Shown piece by piece: positions 14,298-28,396 of a stretch of 64,000 nucleotides of DNA (its first letter is position 1; each line of letters opens with the position of its first letter). The translations under genes were made by a program, and so were the position numbers. The stretch comes from Eledone cirrhosa (lineage: Eukaryota): the NCBI GenBank assembly GCA_964016885.1, contig OZ024761.1:20398001-20462000 (forward strand), in the 5' to 3' direction. The notes under the pieces were generated by a model. That model was given only the letters and a program-made list of their open reading frames with translations. It searched no databases and was not told where the DNA came from.

Positions 14298-14722
14298 ATA
14301 AATTATTAAAAAAATAATGAATAAACAAAGAAACAGTTCCTTATATTAAAAAAAATTCATTATTTTACGATCGTTTCTAGGATATATATGTGTTAGAGTT
14401 GGTATGCATATTCTATAGATCTATGTACAATATTTATACAAACTATCAGACGGAATATACATACCTACACATATGTATGCTGTCTTCAGAAATAATGATA
14501 CTTGTTTATAATAAACAAGTATCATTATTTCTGAAGACAGCATATATATGTGTAGGTATGTATATTCCCTCTGATAGTTTGTATAAATATTGTACATAGA
14601 TCTATAGAATATGCATACCAACTCTAACACATATATATCCTAGAAACGATCGTAAAATAATAAATTTTTTTTAATATAAGGAACTGTTTCTTTGTTTATT
14701 CATTATTTTTTTAATAATTTAT
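14298..14722. repeat. Near-perfect palindrome, about 212-bp arms, 1-nt loop at 14510, each arm a hammerhead motif
   Basis: Mirror ORFs 14390-14599(+) and 14421-14630(-); only a few mismatches between arms. Confidence 0.95.
14524..14661 (+). ncRNA. Type I hammerhead motif with long stem II (mirror copy 14359-14496, minus)
   Basis: ATTATTT-CTGAAGA...GAAA-CGATCG-TA-AAATAAT. Confidence 0.6.
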
Positions 14723-14863
14723 CTTGACTCTGTTTTCCGTTTATTTCTCACCGAAAGTAGTTTTTGAATGCATCTTCTCTTTTCATGATATCCGGATTAC
14801 ATTGAGTTCTTCATACGGATTGGACACTACCGTAAACTTTTGGTAGATTTATCTACATATATG

Positions 14864-14896
<33 letters not shown>

Positions 14897-14903
14897 GTAT
14901 ATA

Positions 14904-14946
<43 letters not shown>

Positions 14947-14981
14947 GTATATATATATATATGTATATATATATATGTATG

Positions 14982-15014
<33 letters not shown>

Positions 15015-15051
15015 ATATATATATATATATGCATGTATATATATATATATA

Positions 15052-15106
<55 letters not shown>

Positions 15107-15264
15107 GTATGTATATATATATATATGTATGTATATATATATATATGTATATGTATGTATATATATATATATGTATATGTATGTATATATATATATATGT
15201 ATATGTATGTATATATATATATATGTATATGTATGTATATATATATATGTATATGTATGTATAT

Positions 15265-15296
<32 letters not shown>

Positions 15297-15543
15297 GTAT
15301 ATCATCATCATCATCATCATCAGGTTTAGCGTCCGTGTTCCACGCTTGCATGGGGTTGTTTCGCCCTGGATGTTGTGGCACCAACATAACTTTACATTGA
15401 AAGGGGCGGTGTGGATGGGGTGGAGGTGGTGGGACGGGGGTGTGTTTTGATAGAGATGCCTACTGACTGTAGTAGGTTTTTACTTTGTATTTAGGTAAGG
15501 CGGGTCTTCTCTATTACTGAGTACCGCCAAAGGTATATATATG

Positions 15544-15580
<37 letters not shown>

Positions 15581-15624
15581 GTATATATATGTATATATAT
15601 ATATATGTATATATATGTATATAT

Positions 15625-15670
<46 letters not shown>

Positions 15671-15671
15671 G

Positions 15672-15709
<38 letters not shown>

Positions 15710-15751
15710 TATGTATATATATGTATATATATATATGTATATATATATATG

Positions 15752-15783
<32 letters not shown>

Positions 15784-15904
15784 TATGTATATGTATGTAT
15801 ATATATATATATATATGTATATGTATGTATATATATATATGTATATGTATGTATATATATATATATATGCATATGTATGTATATATATATATGCATATGT
15901 ATGT

Positions 15905-16001
<97 letters not shown>

Positions 16002-16562
16002 TATGTATGTATATGTATGTATATATATATATGTATGTATATATATATATGTATATGTATGTATATATATATATATGTATGTATATATATGTATATGTAT
16101 GTATATGTATGTATATGTATGTATATATATATATATATATGTATGTATATATATGTATATGTATGTATATATATATATATATGTATATATATGTATATAT
16201 GTATATGTATGTATATATATATATATATATGTATGTATATATATATATATATATGTATGTATATATATATATATGTATATGTATGTATATATATGTATAT
16301 GTATGTATATATATGTATATATGTATATGTATGTATATATATATATATGTATATGTATGTATATATATGTATATATGTATATGTATGTATATATATGTAT
16401 ATGTATGTATATATATATATATATATATGTATATGTATATGTATGTATATATATATATATATATATGTATATGTATATATATGTATATGTATGGATATAT
16501 GTATATATATGTATATGTATGGATATATATATATATGTATATGTATATATATGTATATGTAT

Positions 16563-16594
<32 letters not shown>

Positions 16595-17323
16595 GTATGT
16601 ATATATATATGTATGTGTATGTATGTATATATATATGTATGTGTATGTATGTATATATATATGTATGTATATATATATGTATGTGTATGTATGTATATAT
16701 ATATGTATGTGTATGTATGTATATATATATGTATGTATATATATATGTGTATGTATGTATATGTATGTATATATATATGTATATGTATATATATATGGAT
16801 ATGTATGTATATATATATGTATATATATGTATATATATATATGGATATGTATGTATACATATATGTATATATATGTATATATATATATGTATATGTATAT
16901 ATATATATATGTATGTGTCAGTAATTGTCACAAGTGTAGTGTTTGTACCAGAGTTTTCAAGTCGCTGGCTGGACTAAAAAGTCATACTCGTTCAGCCCAT
17001 CAGTAGGTGTTCTCCTACATGGATATAAAGTAGTGGCCGTACTCGAAAACGAGTTGGCAGCCACCATATGTATGTATATATATATATATATATTTGTATA
17101 TGTATGTATATATATATATGTATGTATGTATATATGTATATGTATGTATATATATATGTCCAACCCATGCTAGCGTGGAAGAACGGACGTAAAACGGTGA
17201 TGATGATCATGATGATATATATATATATATATATATATGTGTGTATATGTATGTATATATATATATATCATCATCATCATCTTCGCATTTATATATATAT
17301 ATATATATATGTATATGTATATG

Positions 17324-17533
17324 GAGGCACATGGCTTAGTGGTTAGAGCATTGGCCTTGCACTCGAAAGGTTGTGAGTTCAATTCTCAGACCGGGTGATG
17401 TGTTGTTTCCTTGAGCAAGATACTTTATTTCACATTGCTCCAGTTTACTCAGCTGTAGAAATGAAGCCAGAATCAGTTCCCGTTCCACCCTTGCAAGCAG
17501 GGAAAAGCGGACGTAAAATGATGATGATGGTGA
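17324..17533 (+). mobile_element. tRNA-derived CORE-like SINE (internally deleted); full copies 37381-37722 (+) and 49151-49490 (-); related family about 59450-59730 (+)
   Basis: A box TGGCTTAGTGG, B box GAGTTCAATTC, CORE-like CCTTGAGCAAGA(C/T)ACTT...CAGTTTACTCAGCTGTAGAAATG; 3' tail matches the RTE family A end (CCACCCTTGCAAGCAGGGAAAAGCGGACGTAAAATGATGATG). Confidence 0.85.
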
Positions 17534-17807
17534 TATATGTATATATATATATATATATTATATATTATATATAATATTATACATATATATATATATATAT
17601 GTATATATATAGATATATATATATGTATATATGTATGTATATATATACATACATATGTGTATGTATATATATATTTATATATTATATATTATATATAATA
17701 TTATACATATATATATATATATAATAATAATAATAAAAATAATAAGATCCCGTTAATGGTGCAGCGATTCTTTGCTTAAACTTTAATCTGTTATCTTAAT
17801 ATATATA

Positions 17808-18133
17808 TAAAAGAAGAAATTAAAAGATGGTTAAAAATGTTCCATATATTTTATTATGCGCATTTCGAAAACAACATCATCCTCGGACAAAAGTTGTGTT
17901 CTCATCAGACAAAATAAGGTAACATGATATGAGGCCTAAAAACACTTGTGAAAAAGAAAGTGTCCATCTATATAGTGTAGAGTCTTCGTGTCCACAAGTG
18001 TTTTTAGGCGTCATATCATGTTAGCTTATTTTATCTGATGAGAACACAATTTTTGTTCCAGGATGATGTTGTTTTCGAAATGCGCATAATAAAATATAAG
18101 GAACTTTTTTAACCATCTTTTAATTTCTTCTTT
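17808..18133. repeat. Inverted repeat (about 143-bp arms, about 42-bp spacer), each arm a hammerhead motif
   Basis: 17808-17950 is the reverse complement of 17993-18133. Confidence 0.9.
18027..18096 (+). ncRNA. Type I hammerhead motif (mirror copy 17847-17916, minus)
   Basis: TATTTTAT-CTGATGA-GAACACAA...TTGTTTTC-GAAA-TGCGCA-TA-ATAAAATA. Confidence 0.75.
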
Positions 18134-18221
18134 ATTTATACTCCAGTTCTACCAACTGTTGAGTGTTACTTATCTGATATATGCATAGTTTTATTGTTCT
18201 ACAATATTACTCACCTCCTAC

Positions 18222-18285
<64 letters not shown>

Positions 18286-18288
<3 letters not shown>

Positions 18289-19041
18289 GAAAGACGTAAA
18301 ATAAGAAAATTTAAAAAAAAATTAAAATTAACTTACTTACTAAAATTTTCACTCCAACTAATTAGTTTCTGTAATGGGATAAAGATAGTTACGTAATATA
18401 ACCATCGAGAATTCATTACGTCACCAGGGAGTCTATTCTCAGCTAAGTCTCCAGGCAATGCGCGGACACTAGGGACTCATATAAAAATAATAATAATTCG
18501 GTGGAAGGAACAGCTAGCGGGGACTGGATTCCATGCACTGAAAAAGTTTGCTGCCTCTGGTCAAATGGCAGATTCTAAAGAATCAATCACGTGACACTGA
18601 GGCTAGTCGGAAGGAGTGGGTTGGTAAGATGACAGAAGCCTATTACCACTCCAATGAATTAGTAGCGGATTTGGCAGGTTTGCTCAACAAATAAATAATT
18701 TGGAGATAAATACAGAGAATTAGTATATCTACCAACATATGCATGCAGATGTACACTAATGCTAGCAAATACATAAGTTATGTCATAGTACCTAGGTGGT
18801 TCAATGCAGGAGGATGCAGAACAATAATATGAAAGACGTAAAATAAGAAAATTAAAAAAAAAATTAAAGTTAACTTACTTTCTCGATGGTTATATTACGT
18901 AACTATCTTTATCCCATTACAGAAACTAATTAGTTGGAGTGAAAATTTTAGTAAGTAAGTTAATTTTAATTTTTTTTTTAATTTTTCTTATTTTACGTCT
19001 TTCATATTATTGTTCTGCATCCTCCTGCATTGAACCACCTA
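18286..19041. repeat. Complex tandem/inverted repeat with hammerhead remnant (18351-18432, minus, CUGGUGA core)
   Basis: 18286-18411 is the reverse complement of about 18879-19006; 18793-18880 is the reverse complement of about 18953-19041. Confidence 0.8.
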
Positions 19042-20103
19042 TTGAATTGCAGCAAATTAGCAGAGTTTTTAGTGCATCAGACTAAGGCTTAGCAATATTT
19101 GTCTCAGCTTTTTATTCTTGGAGTTTAAGTACCGCAGAGATCAACTTTGCCTTTGAACCTCCTGGGGTCTATAAAATAGAGTACCAGTTGAATACTGGGG
19201 TCTATAAAATAGAGTACCAGTTGAATACTGGGGTCTATAAAATAGAGTACCAATTGAATACTGAGGTATATATAATCAAGGTTAAGGAAGAGGTGAATAA
19301 ACAAAGGAGGGAGATTTCTCGTGGTCAGTGACAAATATATTTAACAAAAACTCCCCAGGATGACCTCTTCAGAAATTGGTGTTGTGTAGACTTACAAAAT
19401 GGCAAAGACTGCTTACAAAACTATCTAAAAACTCCTAGACTTTTTTACCACAAATACTGAAGATCACATATCTGGATTGAAACACTCGGCAGAGATTAAA
19501 CAGAAAACAACAACAACAATAATAACATTTTTAAAATCTGAATAAATATTTGTGTAAAAGAATTGATTAATAATTGTTTCTACATTTGGCACAAGGCCAG
19601 CAATTACCCAAGTACATTACTGGTACTTTATTTTATCAACCCCGTAAGGATGAAAGGCAAAGTTAACTTTGCGGGATTTGAACTCAGAATGGCAAGGGCC
19701 GTAACTCTATGCATCAAAGCATGGTGTCTGACCCTCTACCGATACTGGCAATGCACTGCCCCTTGATTAATAATCACAGTTGGTCAGATTCTGACTGGTT
19801 AGAAGAAAGATTCTTGTAACTGAAGCTACCATATGAATATTTTCCCATCTAATGAAATATCAAGGAAATCAAATAACAAACAATTGCTTTCAATGAAGAA
19901 TTCTTATAAAAAAATGGAAGTTTCATTGATGTAATTTACGAACTTCCTCGCAATAGATGACAATATTTGTTCAATAGAAGTTAGATAAACTCGTTAGAGA
20001 TATAATATAAAATTATATTGATTATCACTCTAATGTAGAAAACATAATTTGGTTTACAATGAAGTATTCTCTTTTCTTCCTGGTTATATTATTAGAATAT
20101 TAA

Positions 20104-20194
20104 TGGAAAATTTCAGCTGTTCTTTCACAACCTATGTCTTCCCTAAGAACTCTTGCTTATAAAAACCCCACTGTCCTTAGCTCTGGTATCAGTT
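20104..20194 (+). promoter_or_regulatory. Core promoter of paralogue A: E-box CAGCTG 20114-20119, TATAAAA 20158-20164, Inr-like TCAGTT 20189-20194
   Basis: TATA-to-Inr spacing about 33 bp, ATG at 20233; near-identical to the promoter of paralogue C. Confidence 0.75.
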
Positions 20195-20374
20195 AGTGTT
20201 TCTACACAAACAGTTTCACATCTATTAACACCATGTTGTCTCTGTGTTGCCTTCTTCTTACGATTGCTTCAGCTTTTGCTGGTAGGTGATGTTGATGTCT
20301 TCTGTCGATAAACAAAGAATTGTATCATTTCAGCTCTTCACAACATATTTCTCTGAGTATACACACATACACAC

Positions 20375-20412
<38 letters not shown>

Positions 20413-20473
20413 AAGTAATTCCGTCGGAAAAGTCCAGGAAAAAAGAGTGCTCTATGTAGGTAACATAGCTTAA

Positions 20474-20726
20474 TAGTTATGTAATAAACAACATAAGGCA
20501 ATTATTCCATTTACCAGTGGTTTCTTAAAAGCAAAAGATTTTGCTTTCAATCCTCAGAATGAAAAAATCCTGGTCTGTTTATTGAATTTGGATTTTAAAA
20601 AACGTTTTTAAAATCCAAATTCAATAAACAGACCAGGATTTTTTCATTCTGAGGATTGAAAGCAAAATCTTTTGCTTTTAAGAAACCACTGGTAAATGGA
20701 ATAATTGCCTTATGTTGTTTATTACA

Positions 20727-20732
<6 letters not shown>
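20474..20732. repeat. Palindrome (about 129-bp arms, centre ACGT 20602-20605) in intron 1 of paralogue A, each arm a hammerhead motif
   Basis: Read directly; ends 46 bp upstream of the exon 2 acceptor. Confidence 0.93.
20642..20701 (+). ncRNA. Type I hammerhead motif (mirror copy 20505-20564, minus)
   Basis: TTTCATT-CTGAGGA-TTGAAAGCAAAA-TC-TTTTGCTTTTAA-GAAA-CCACTGG-TA-AATGGAA; GUA cleavage triplet. Confidence 0.8.
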
Positions 20733-20763
<31 letters not shown>

Positions 20764-20953
20764 TGTTATTTTTTTCAGATCCCAAAACTCAAATTGTTGG
20801 TGGATCTAAAGCTCAAAACTGTGAATTTCCATCCATTGTCCATCTCATAATTTATAACCAGCCAACTGATGACACGGTCACTGTCTGTGGAGGTACTTTG
20901 ATTGATGCTACACATGTATTGACAGCAGCTCATTGTCTGTAAGTATATCATAT

Positions 20954-21564
20954 ATCATCATCGTCACCGTTTTACGTCCGTTCTTCCACGCTAGCATGGG
21001 TTAGACGGGTTGTCCTGTTGTGGGCAGTGTCTGGTCGGCTGACCATGCCTTGCTCATACAGGAACTGATCTGGCTTGATTTCTACAGCTGGATGCCCTTC
21101 CTAACACCAACCTCATTTACAGTGAGTGCTGGGTGCTTTTTCGTGGCGCCTACACGTCCACTTTACAGTGTGGGCTGGGTGCTTTTTTGCCGTGGCACCT
21201 CCACGACCACCTTGCGGTGGGGGGGGGGGGCATATTGTTTATATGCTTCAGCATGTACCCATGGGAGGTCGGGTACCCTGTATTACTGCGTGACGCCAGA
21301 AGTCACGGTCGTGTGTCATTGACTTTGAGAGGTGTAGTTGGGTAAGGTCGGCTTTTATCACCTCATCCCAAGTCATCTTGGGTCTCCCCACTCCGCGGTT
21401 TCCATCAACTTCTAGTGCTCTGCACCTTTTTATGCAGCTGTCATCCTTCATACGCATCACATGTCCATACCAGCGTAACCGCCTCTCCTGCACGCAGCAT
21501 TTGATTCCTCTTATGCTCAGTCTCTCTCTCAATTCCTTTATGCTTTGTCATTCACGTATATTAC
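20954..21564 (-). mobile_element. RTE LINE family B, 3' fragment with about 300-bp 3' UTR and (GAT)n tail
   Basis: [21 protein letters not shown]; near-identical to 26155-26783 in the opposite orientation. Confidence 0.92.
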
Positions 21565-21724
21565 TCACGTATATTACTCACGTATATATGTAACTGATAT
21601 CACATCTTAATATTCCATCATGTGTTCCCTGGTTGTGTAATATGTAGGTTGATAACAACTTGAAGATGTAAATATAGATATATACAGGCTGTTAGGTTGT
21701 GGAATAATTGTTCTGGGTCATTGT

Positions 21725-24110
21725 GTGACAATACAAAGTGAGAAGATATCACATTACAAAGTGAGAATATATTACAATACAAAGTGAGAAGATATTACAC
21801 TACAAAGTGAGAAGATATTACACTACAAAGTGAGAAGGTATTACACTACAAAGTGAGAAGATTTTGCAATACAAAGTGAGAAGATATTACAATACAAAGT
21901 GAGAAGATATTACAATACAAAGTGAGAAGATATTACACTACAAAGTGAGAAGGTATTACACTACAAAGTGAGAAGGTATTACACTACAAAGTGAGAAGAT
22001 ATTGCAATACAAAGTGAGAAGATATTACAATACAAAGTGAGAAGATATTACACTACAAAGTGAGAAGGAATTACACTACAAAGTGAGAAGATATTGCAAT
22101 ACAAAGTGAGAAGATATTACAATACAAAGTGAGAAGATATTAAACTACAAAGTGAGAAGATATTACACTACAAGGTGAGAAGATATTACACTACAAAGTG
22201 AGCAGATATTACACTACAAAGTGAGCAGATATTACACTACAAAGTGAGCAGATATTACACTACAAAGTGAGCAGATATTACACTACAAAGTGAGCAGATA
22301 TTACACTACAAGGTGAGAAGATATTACACTACAAAGTGAGAAGATATTACACTACTAAGTGAGCAGATATTACACTACAAAGTGAGCAGATATTACACTA
22401 CAAGGTGAGAAGATATTACAATACAAAGTGAGAAGATATTACAATACAAAGTGAGAAGATATTACACTACAAAGTGAGAAGATATTACACTACAAAGTGA
22501 GAAGATATTACACTACAAAGTGAGAAGATATTACACTACAAAGTGAGAAGATATTACACTACTAAGTGAGCAGATATTACACTACAAAGTGAGCAGATAT
22601 TACACTACAAGGTGAGAAGATATTACACTACAAAGTGAGCAGATATTACACTACAAAGTGAGCAGATATTACACTACAAAGTGAGAAGATATTACACTAA
22701 AAAAGTGAGAAGATATTAAACTACAAAGTGAGCAGATATTACACTACAAGGTGAGAAGATATTACACTACAAAGTGAGCAGATATTACACTACAAAGTGA
22801 GCAGATATTACACTAAAAGGTGAGAAGATATTACACTACAAGGTGAGAAGATATTACACTACAAAGTGAGCAGATATTACACTACAAAGTGAGCAGATAT
22901 TACACTACAAGGTGAGAAGATATTACACTACAAAGTGAGAAGATATTAAACTACAAAGTGAGAAGATATTACACTACAAAGTGAGCAGATATTACACTAC
23001 AAGGTGAGAAGATATTACACTACAAAGTGAGAAGATATTACACTACAAAGTGAGCAGATATTACACTACAAGGTGAGAAGATATTACACTACAAAGTGAG
23101 CAGATATTACACTACAAGGTGAGAAGATATTACACTACAAGGTGAGAAGATATTACACTACAAAGTGAGCAGATATTACACTACAAGGTGAGAAGATATT
23201 ACACTACAAAGTGAGCAGATATTACACTACAAGGTGAGAAGATATTACACTACAAAGTGAGCATATATTACACTACAAAGTGAGCATATATTACACTACA
23301 AAGTGAGCAGATATTACACTACAAAGTGAGCAGATATTACACTACAAAGTGAGAAGATATTACACTACAAAGTGAGCAGATATTACACTACAAGGTGAGA
23401 AGATATTACACTACAAAGTGAGCAGATATTACACTACAAGGTGAGAAGATATTACACTACAAAGTGAGCATATATTACACTACAAAGTGAGCATATATTA
23501 CACTACAAAGTGAGCAGATATTACACTACAAAGTGAGCAGATATTACACTACAAAGTGAGAAGATATTACACTACAAAGTGAGCAGATATTACACTACAA
23601 AGTGAGCATATATTACACTACAAAGTGAGCATATATTACACTACAAAGTGAGAAGATATTACACTACAAAGTGAGCAGATATTACACTACAAGGTGAGAA
23701 GATATTACACTACAAAGTGAGCATATATTACACTACAAAGTGAGCATATATTACACTACAAAGTGAGAAGATATTACACTACAAAGTGAGCAGATATTAC
23801 ACTACAAGGTGAGAAGATATTACACTACAAGGTGAGAAGATATTACACTACAAAGTGAGCAGATATTACACTACAAGCTGAGAAGATATTGCAATACAAA
23901 GTGAGCAGATATTACACTACAAGGTGAGAAGATATTACACTACAAAGTGAGCAGATATTGCAATACAAAGTGAGAAGATATTACAATACAAAGTGAGAAG
24001 ATATTACACTACAAAGTGAGAAGGTATTACACTACAAAGTGAGAAGATATTGCAATACAAAGTGAGAAGATATTACACTACAAAGTGAGAAGATATTACA
24101 CTACAAAGAC
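21725..24110. repeat. 23-bp minisatellite (AAGTGAG[A/C]AGATATTACACTACA), about 100 copies, intron 2 of paralogue A
   Basis: Period read directly (AGCAGAT at 22201 and 22224); no unique spacers. Confidence 0.97.
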
Positions 24111-24542
24111 TACATTTATAACACTACAATGTCACATACCAATATAGTTTAATATCTGACAATATATTTTAAGGTTATTCCTGGTATAACACTTCCATAT
24201 AAGATAGAAACAACTTAACAACTCCTAAGATTATATAAAATAACATTAGACCATTAAATTAATATTTTGTTTGATTTTAGGGAAGGAAATGTGAGACGGG
24301 TTAAAGTAAATGTTGGTTCCAACGATATGTGGAATTCTGGTCCCCAGGCAAGAAGTGTTAGCCGAATTGTGAGACATGATGGATTTTTAGATACTAAATA
24401 TATACTTAGTGAGTATAACGATTATCATGTCCTCTTACTGCTTATTTCTTCTACTCTTTATATCTCAATAAGTACAAATAATGAATCAAAACATGAAATA
24501 TGTTTAGAATTTTGTGTTTCTCAATAAGCAAGCTCAATAGAC

Positions 24543-24754
24543 TTAACCCTTTAACATTTACATTACTCTTTATTTACTATTATGTTTTCATGGCAAACAC
24601 TTTGTTACATAATTATCTCACATAATATCGAATATATGAGATTTTGAGAACAACATCCCAATATAAGTATAAGTGGCCAGTTATGGCCGGTTTGAACGGA
24701 AAGGGGTGAGAGAATTCCGGCTGGATATGGCCAGTTTAAATGCTAATGGGTTAA
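24543..24754. mobile_element. piggyBac-like MITE (TTAA-CCCTTTAACATTTA...TAAATGCTAATGGG-TTAA)
   Basis: TTAA flanks and CCC-starting terminal inverted repeats; second copy 39229-39740. Confidence 0.7.
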
Positions 24755-25487
24755 TCTAAAGCAGGGTTTCCCAACCTTTTTTCAGCCAGCGCCCCCTTTG
24801 GGCGCAAACTTATTTGTCAAATTAAATTTCAAATAAGATACTGAATTTATCTTACATCAAATGGGTACAAAACCTAAAACAAATGTGTGTGTATGTGTGT
24901 GTGTGTGGTTGGGCCTTTAATCACCTGGGGTCAATTTAAGTTCAATCGCAGAAAGGTATTCAAAACAGCAACACACTCACATGCACGCAATCATATACAT
25001 ATAAACATACCCATACAAACACATACTCAAACACAAACATATCAGCCACTCCCAAAAGCCAGTTTCATCCAAAATTCTGACCACCATTCTTTATATATTT
25101 GTACACAAATACACACATTTTTTCAATGATTGATTACATACATTTATTTTGAACCATACTTTCCAGGTATGAAATAGTGCTATAAGGTTTCACTTACAAT
25201 TCCACCTGTGTACATATTCTTCTACAGAATATGTATTTGGTATATATATAAAATACTGTGTTTCTTATATGATATATGGCTCTTTCTCTCTCTCTCTATA
25301 TATATATATATGTCTTTTTCATTTGGCTATATCAATAAGTATCAATTATTATACAATATCGGTATTTGATAGATATTGATCTGGGGTTTGACATCAACAC
25401 TCCTGTAATCTAGGTTAAAATACTGACTGAAATATTGTTATACTTTAGGAAGGTCATGCTGCCAATAAGAACACATGCACCTGTTGG

Positions 25488-25551
<64 letters not shown>

Positions 25552-25767
25552 CAAATATATATATATATATAGGAAAAGAGTCAGGACCCCGACAGTTGAG
25601 CTCTGCCATTTCAACAGCTAGATTCGGATCTAGCTGTCAAAACGGCCGCAGCTCAGCCATCGAGGTCCTGACTCTTTTCCTATTACCCACTCTACTACTC
25701 TAAGTATTGAGTACTCTGCTGCATTATTGGTCCACCTGGTTCCTTACTACATTTTCTTTGTTCTTTG

Positions 25768-25829
<62 letters not shown>

Positions 25830-25832
<3 letters not shown>

Positions 25833-26783
25833 GACAGCCGCAGGAAACAAGTACCACCAATCTCTGGGAGGGCCCTGTAGAAACAGTAGACAGCTTCTGC
25901 TACCTAGGTGACCGAATTAGCAACGGAGGTGGGTGCTCAGAAAGTACAATAACTAGGGTAAGAACGGGATGGAAGAAGTTTAGGGAACTACTACCACTGC
26001 TAGCTGCAAAAGGCTTCTCCCTCAGAATGAAAGGCAGACTGTATGATGCGTGTATCCGAACAGCGATGTTGCATGGTAGTGAGACCTGGGCGCTGAAGGT
26101 GGAAGACTTACGTAGATTAGAGAGAAACGAAGCCTGCATGCTCCGATGGATGTGTAACAGTAATATACGTGAACGACAAAGCATAAATGAATTGAGAGAG
26201 AGACTGAGCATAAGAGGAATCAAATGCTGCGTGCAGGAGAGGCGGTTACGCTGGTATGGACATGTGATGCGTATGAAGGATGACAGCTGCATAAAAAGGT
26301 GCAGAGCACTAGAAGTTGATGGAAACCGCGGAGTGGGGAGACCCAAGATGACTTGGGATGAGGTGATAAAAGCCGACCTTACCCAACTACACCTCTCAAA
26401 GTCAATGACACACGACCGTGACTTCTGGCGTCACGCAGTAATACAGGGTACCCGACCTCCCATGGGTACATGCTGAAGCATATAAACAATATGCCCCCCC
26501 CCCCCCCACCGCAAGGTGGTCGTGGAGGTGCCACGGCAAAAAAAGCACCCAGCCCACACTGTAAAGTGGACGTGTAGGCGCCACGAAAAAGCACCCAGCA
26601 CTCACTGTAAATGAGGTTGGTGTTAGGAAGGGCATCCAGCTGTAGAAATCAAGCCAGATCAGTTCCTGTATGAGCAAGGCATGGTCAGCCGACCAGACAC
26701 TGCCCACAACAGGACAACCCGTCTAACCCATGCTAGCGTGGAAGAACGGACGTAAAACGGTGATGATGATGATGATGATGATG
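25830..26783 (+). mobile_element. RTE LINE family B, 3' fragment
   Basis: FCYLGDRISNGGGCSE...HGSETW...RLRWYGH, stop at 26476, 3' UTR and (GAT)n tail; 5' end fused to (TA)n. Confidence 0.93.
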
Positions 26784-27175
26784 AGACAGGTAGGTAGGTA
26801 GATAGATAGATATTATAAGAACAGGATTTCATCACAAATGCATGCTACCTAAAGTTTTAAATTTCAACCAGCATAGGACATAGGTATTCTATTTATATAC
26901 CATTCAATGTGTAAACAATATTTATTACTTATGTATGTATAAATGTTTGTATATATATATAGGCCTAACATATATAATTTATATTTTACTTTGAAAGGGA
27001 ACGACATTGCCATATTAACTCTGGTCAGACCAGTCAGTGAAGGAACATTGTCAAATTTGCAACAATGGCCAGACAAGGAGAAACATTTGGTACTAGAAAA
27101 TGTATGGCTGCTGGATGGGGAGACTTAAGCTGTAAGTATCTATTAAAACATCATCAATTGTTCCTAATACCTCAA

Positions 27176-27229
<54 letters not shown>

Positions 27230-27258
27230 TCTCTCTCTCACTCTCTCTCTCTCTCTCA

Positions 27259-27353
<95 letters not shown>

Positions 27354-27359
27354 CTCTCT

Positions 27360-27390
<31 letters not shown>

Positions 27391-28396
27391 TGTTATACTT
27401 TGGGAGGGTCATGTTGCCAATAAGAAACACACGCACCAGTTGCTTTCACTTCAATTTATTATAATAAATTTAGGAATTTATAAATTTCCGGTTGGTTGGT
27501 TCCACAACCAGATGGTTGTTTATATATTGTCAAAGTTCTTTCGTCACACATTCTGTGACCTCTTCAGTGACTGGGGATTCTTTTCTTTGTTTTTGTGCCT
27601 CTCCTTTGTTCTGTCCTAAGCCATTTTGTTTCTGTGTGTGTGTTGTGTGCTTAGTCTGTGCATGCGCCACATCCGGGTGTCTGTGTGTGTTTATATTCGT
27701 TTATTTATTTGTTTATTTACATGTTACAGGTTGATTGTTTGTTCTATGTGTGTGTGTGTTTTCATTTTGTCCTTAATTATAAGTTGTGATGTTGCTGTTC
27801 CACTCATATTTTCTATTTAATTTTGGTTGTAATTCTTTTATGTTTATTGCCTCTGTGATTTGTCTAAACATTGCGTCTTTTCTGTGTGTAGATTCTATTT
27901 TTATTTCTATGTTCTCTAATTTACCCTTATGTTCTATTTTAGCATGTTGGTAGAGTACAGATGATTCTTTACTATCTTGAAGGTCTCGCCAGTGTTCATT
28001 TATCCGTTCCCCTACACTACGAGCTGTCTCACCTATGTACACTATATTTTTGTCTCTACATTGTCCTTCAGTACATCTTATGCTATATACTACATTTCTA
28101 GTTTTACAGTTAATATGGGGGCTTAATTTACAGGTTATACATTTCTTATCTATACAGGGGGGTCTTTGAAAAGGGTATGTCTTGCTAATAAGTGTTTTTA
28201 CGGAGGTACCTGGTCTTTCTACTATCTTAATATTGAGTTTATGTTTGTCTAGGGCCCTTCTAAATTTGTAAGCTAATTCACCTCTAGGGGTTGTATCGAT
28301 GAAATTACACTCTGGTATTTATTGCTATCATATCATGAGTTTATTCTATTAGCCTTATTCCTAGTTCTTTCTATTCTATTCCAAAATTTGCTCCTA

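Noticed and set aside
12182-17006. Long Y/I/H/T/M/C/V-rich ORFs of up to 483 aa (and similar ones throughout)
   Set aside because: Translations of (TA)n/(TATG)n microsatellites, open in many frames on both strands.
17324-17395. tRNA genes at A/B-box sequences (also 37381, 53650, 59450)
   Set aside because: No convincing cloverleaf by eye; they continue into SINE or satellite bodies.
21725-24110. CRISPR-like array
   Set aside because: Contiguous 23-bp units with no unique spacers, in a spliceosomal intron, with no cas genes.
24762-24800. hAT/Charlie-like terminus CAGGGTTTCCCAACCTTTT
   Set aside because: No matching opposite terminal repeat or target duplication found.
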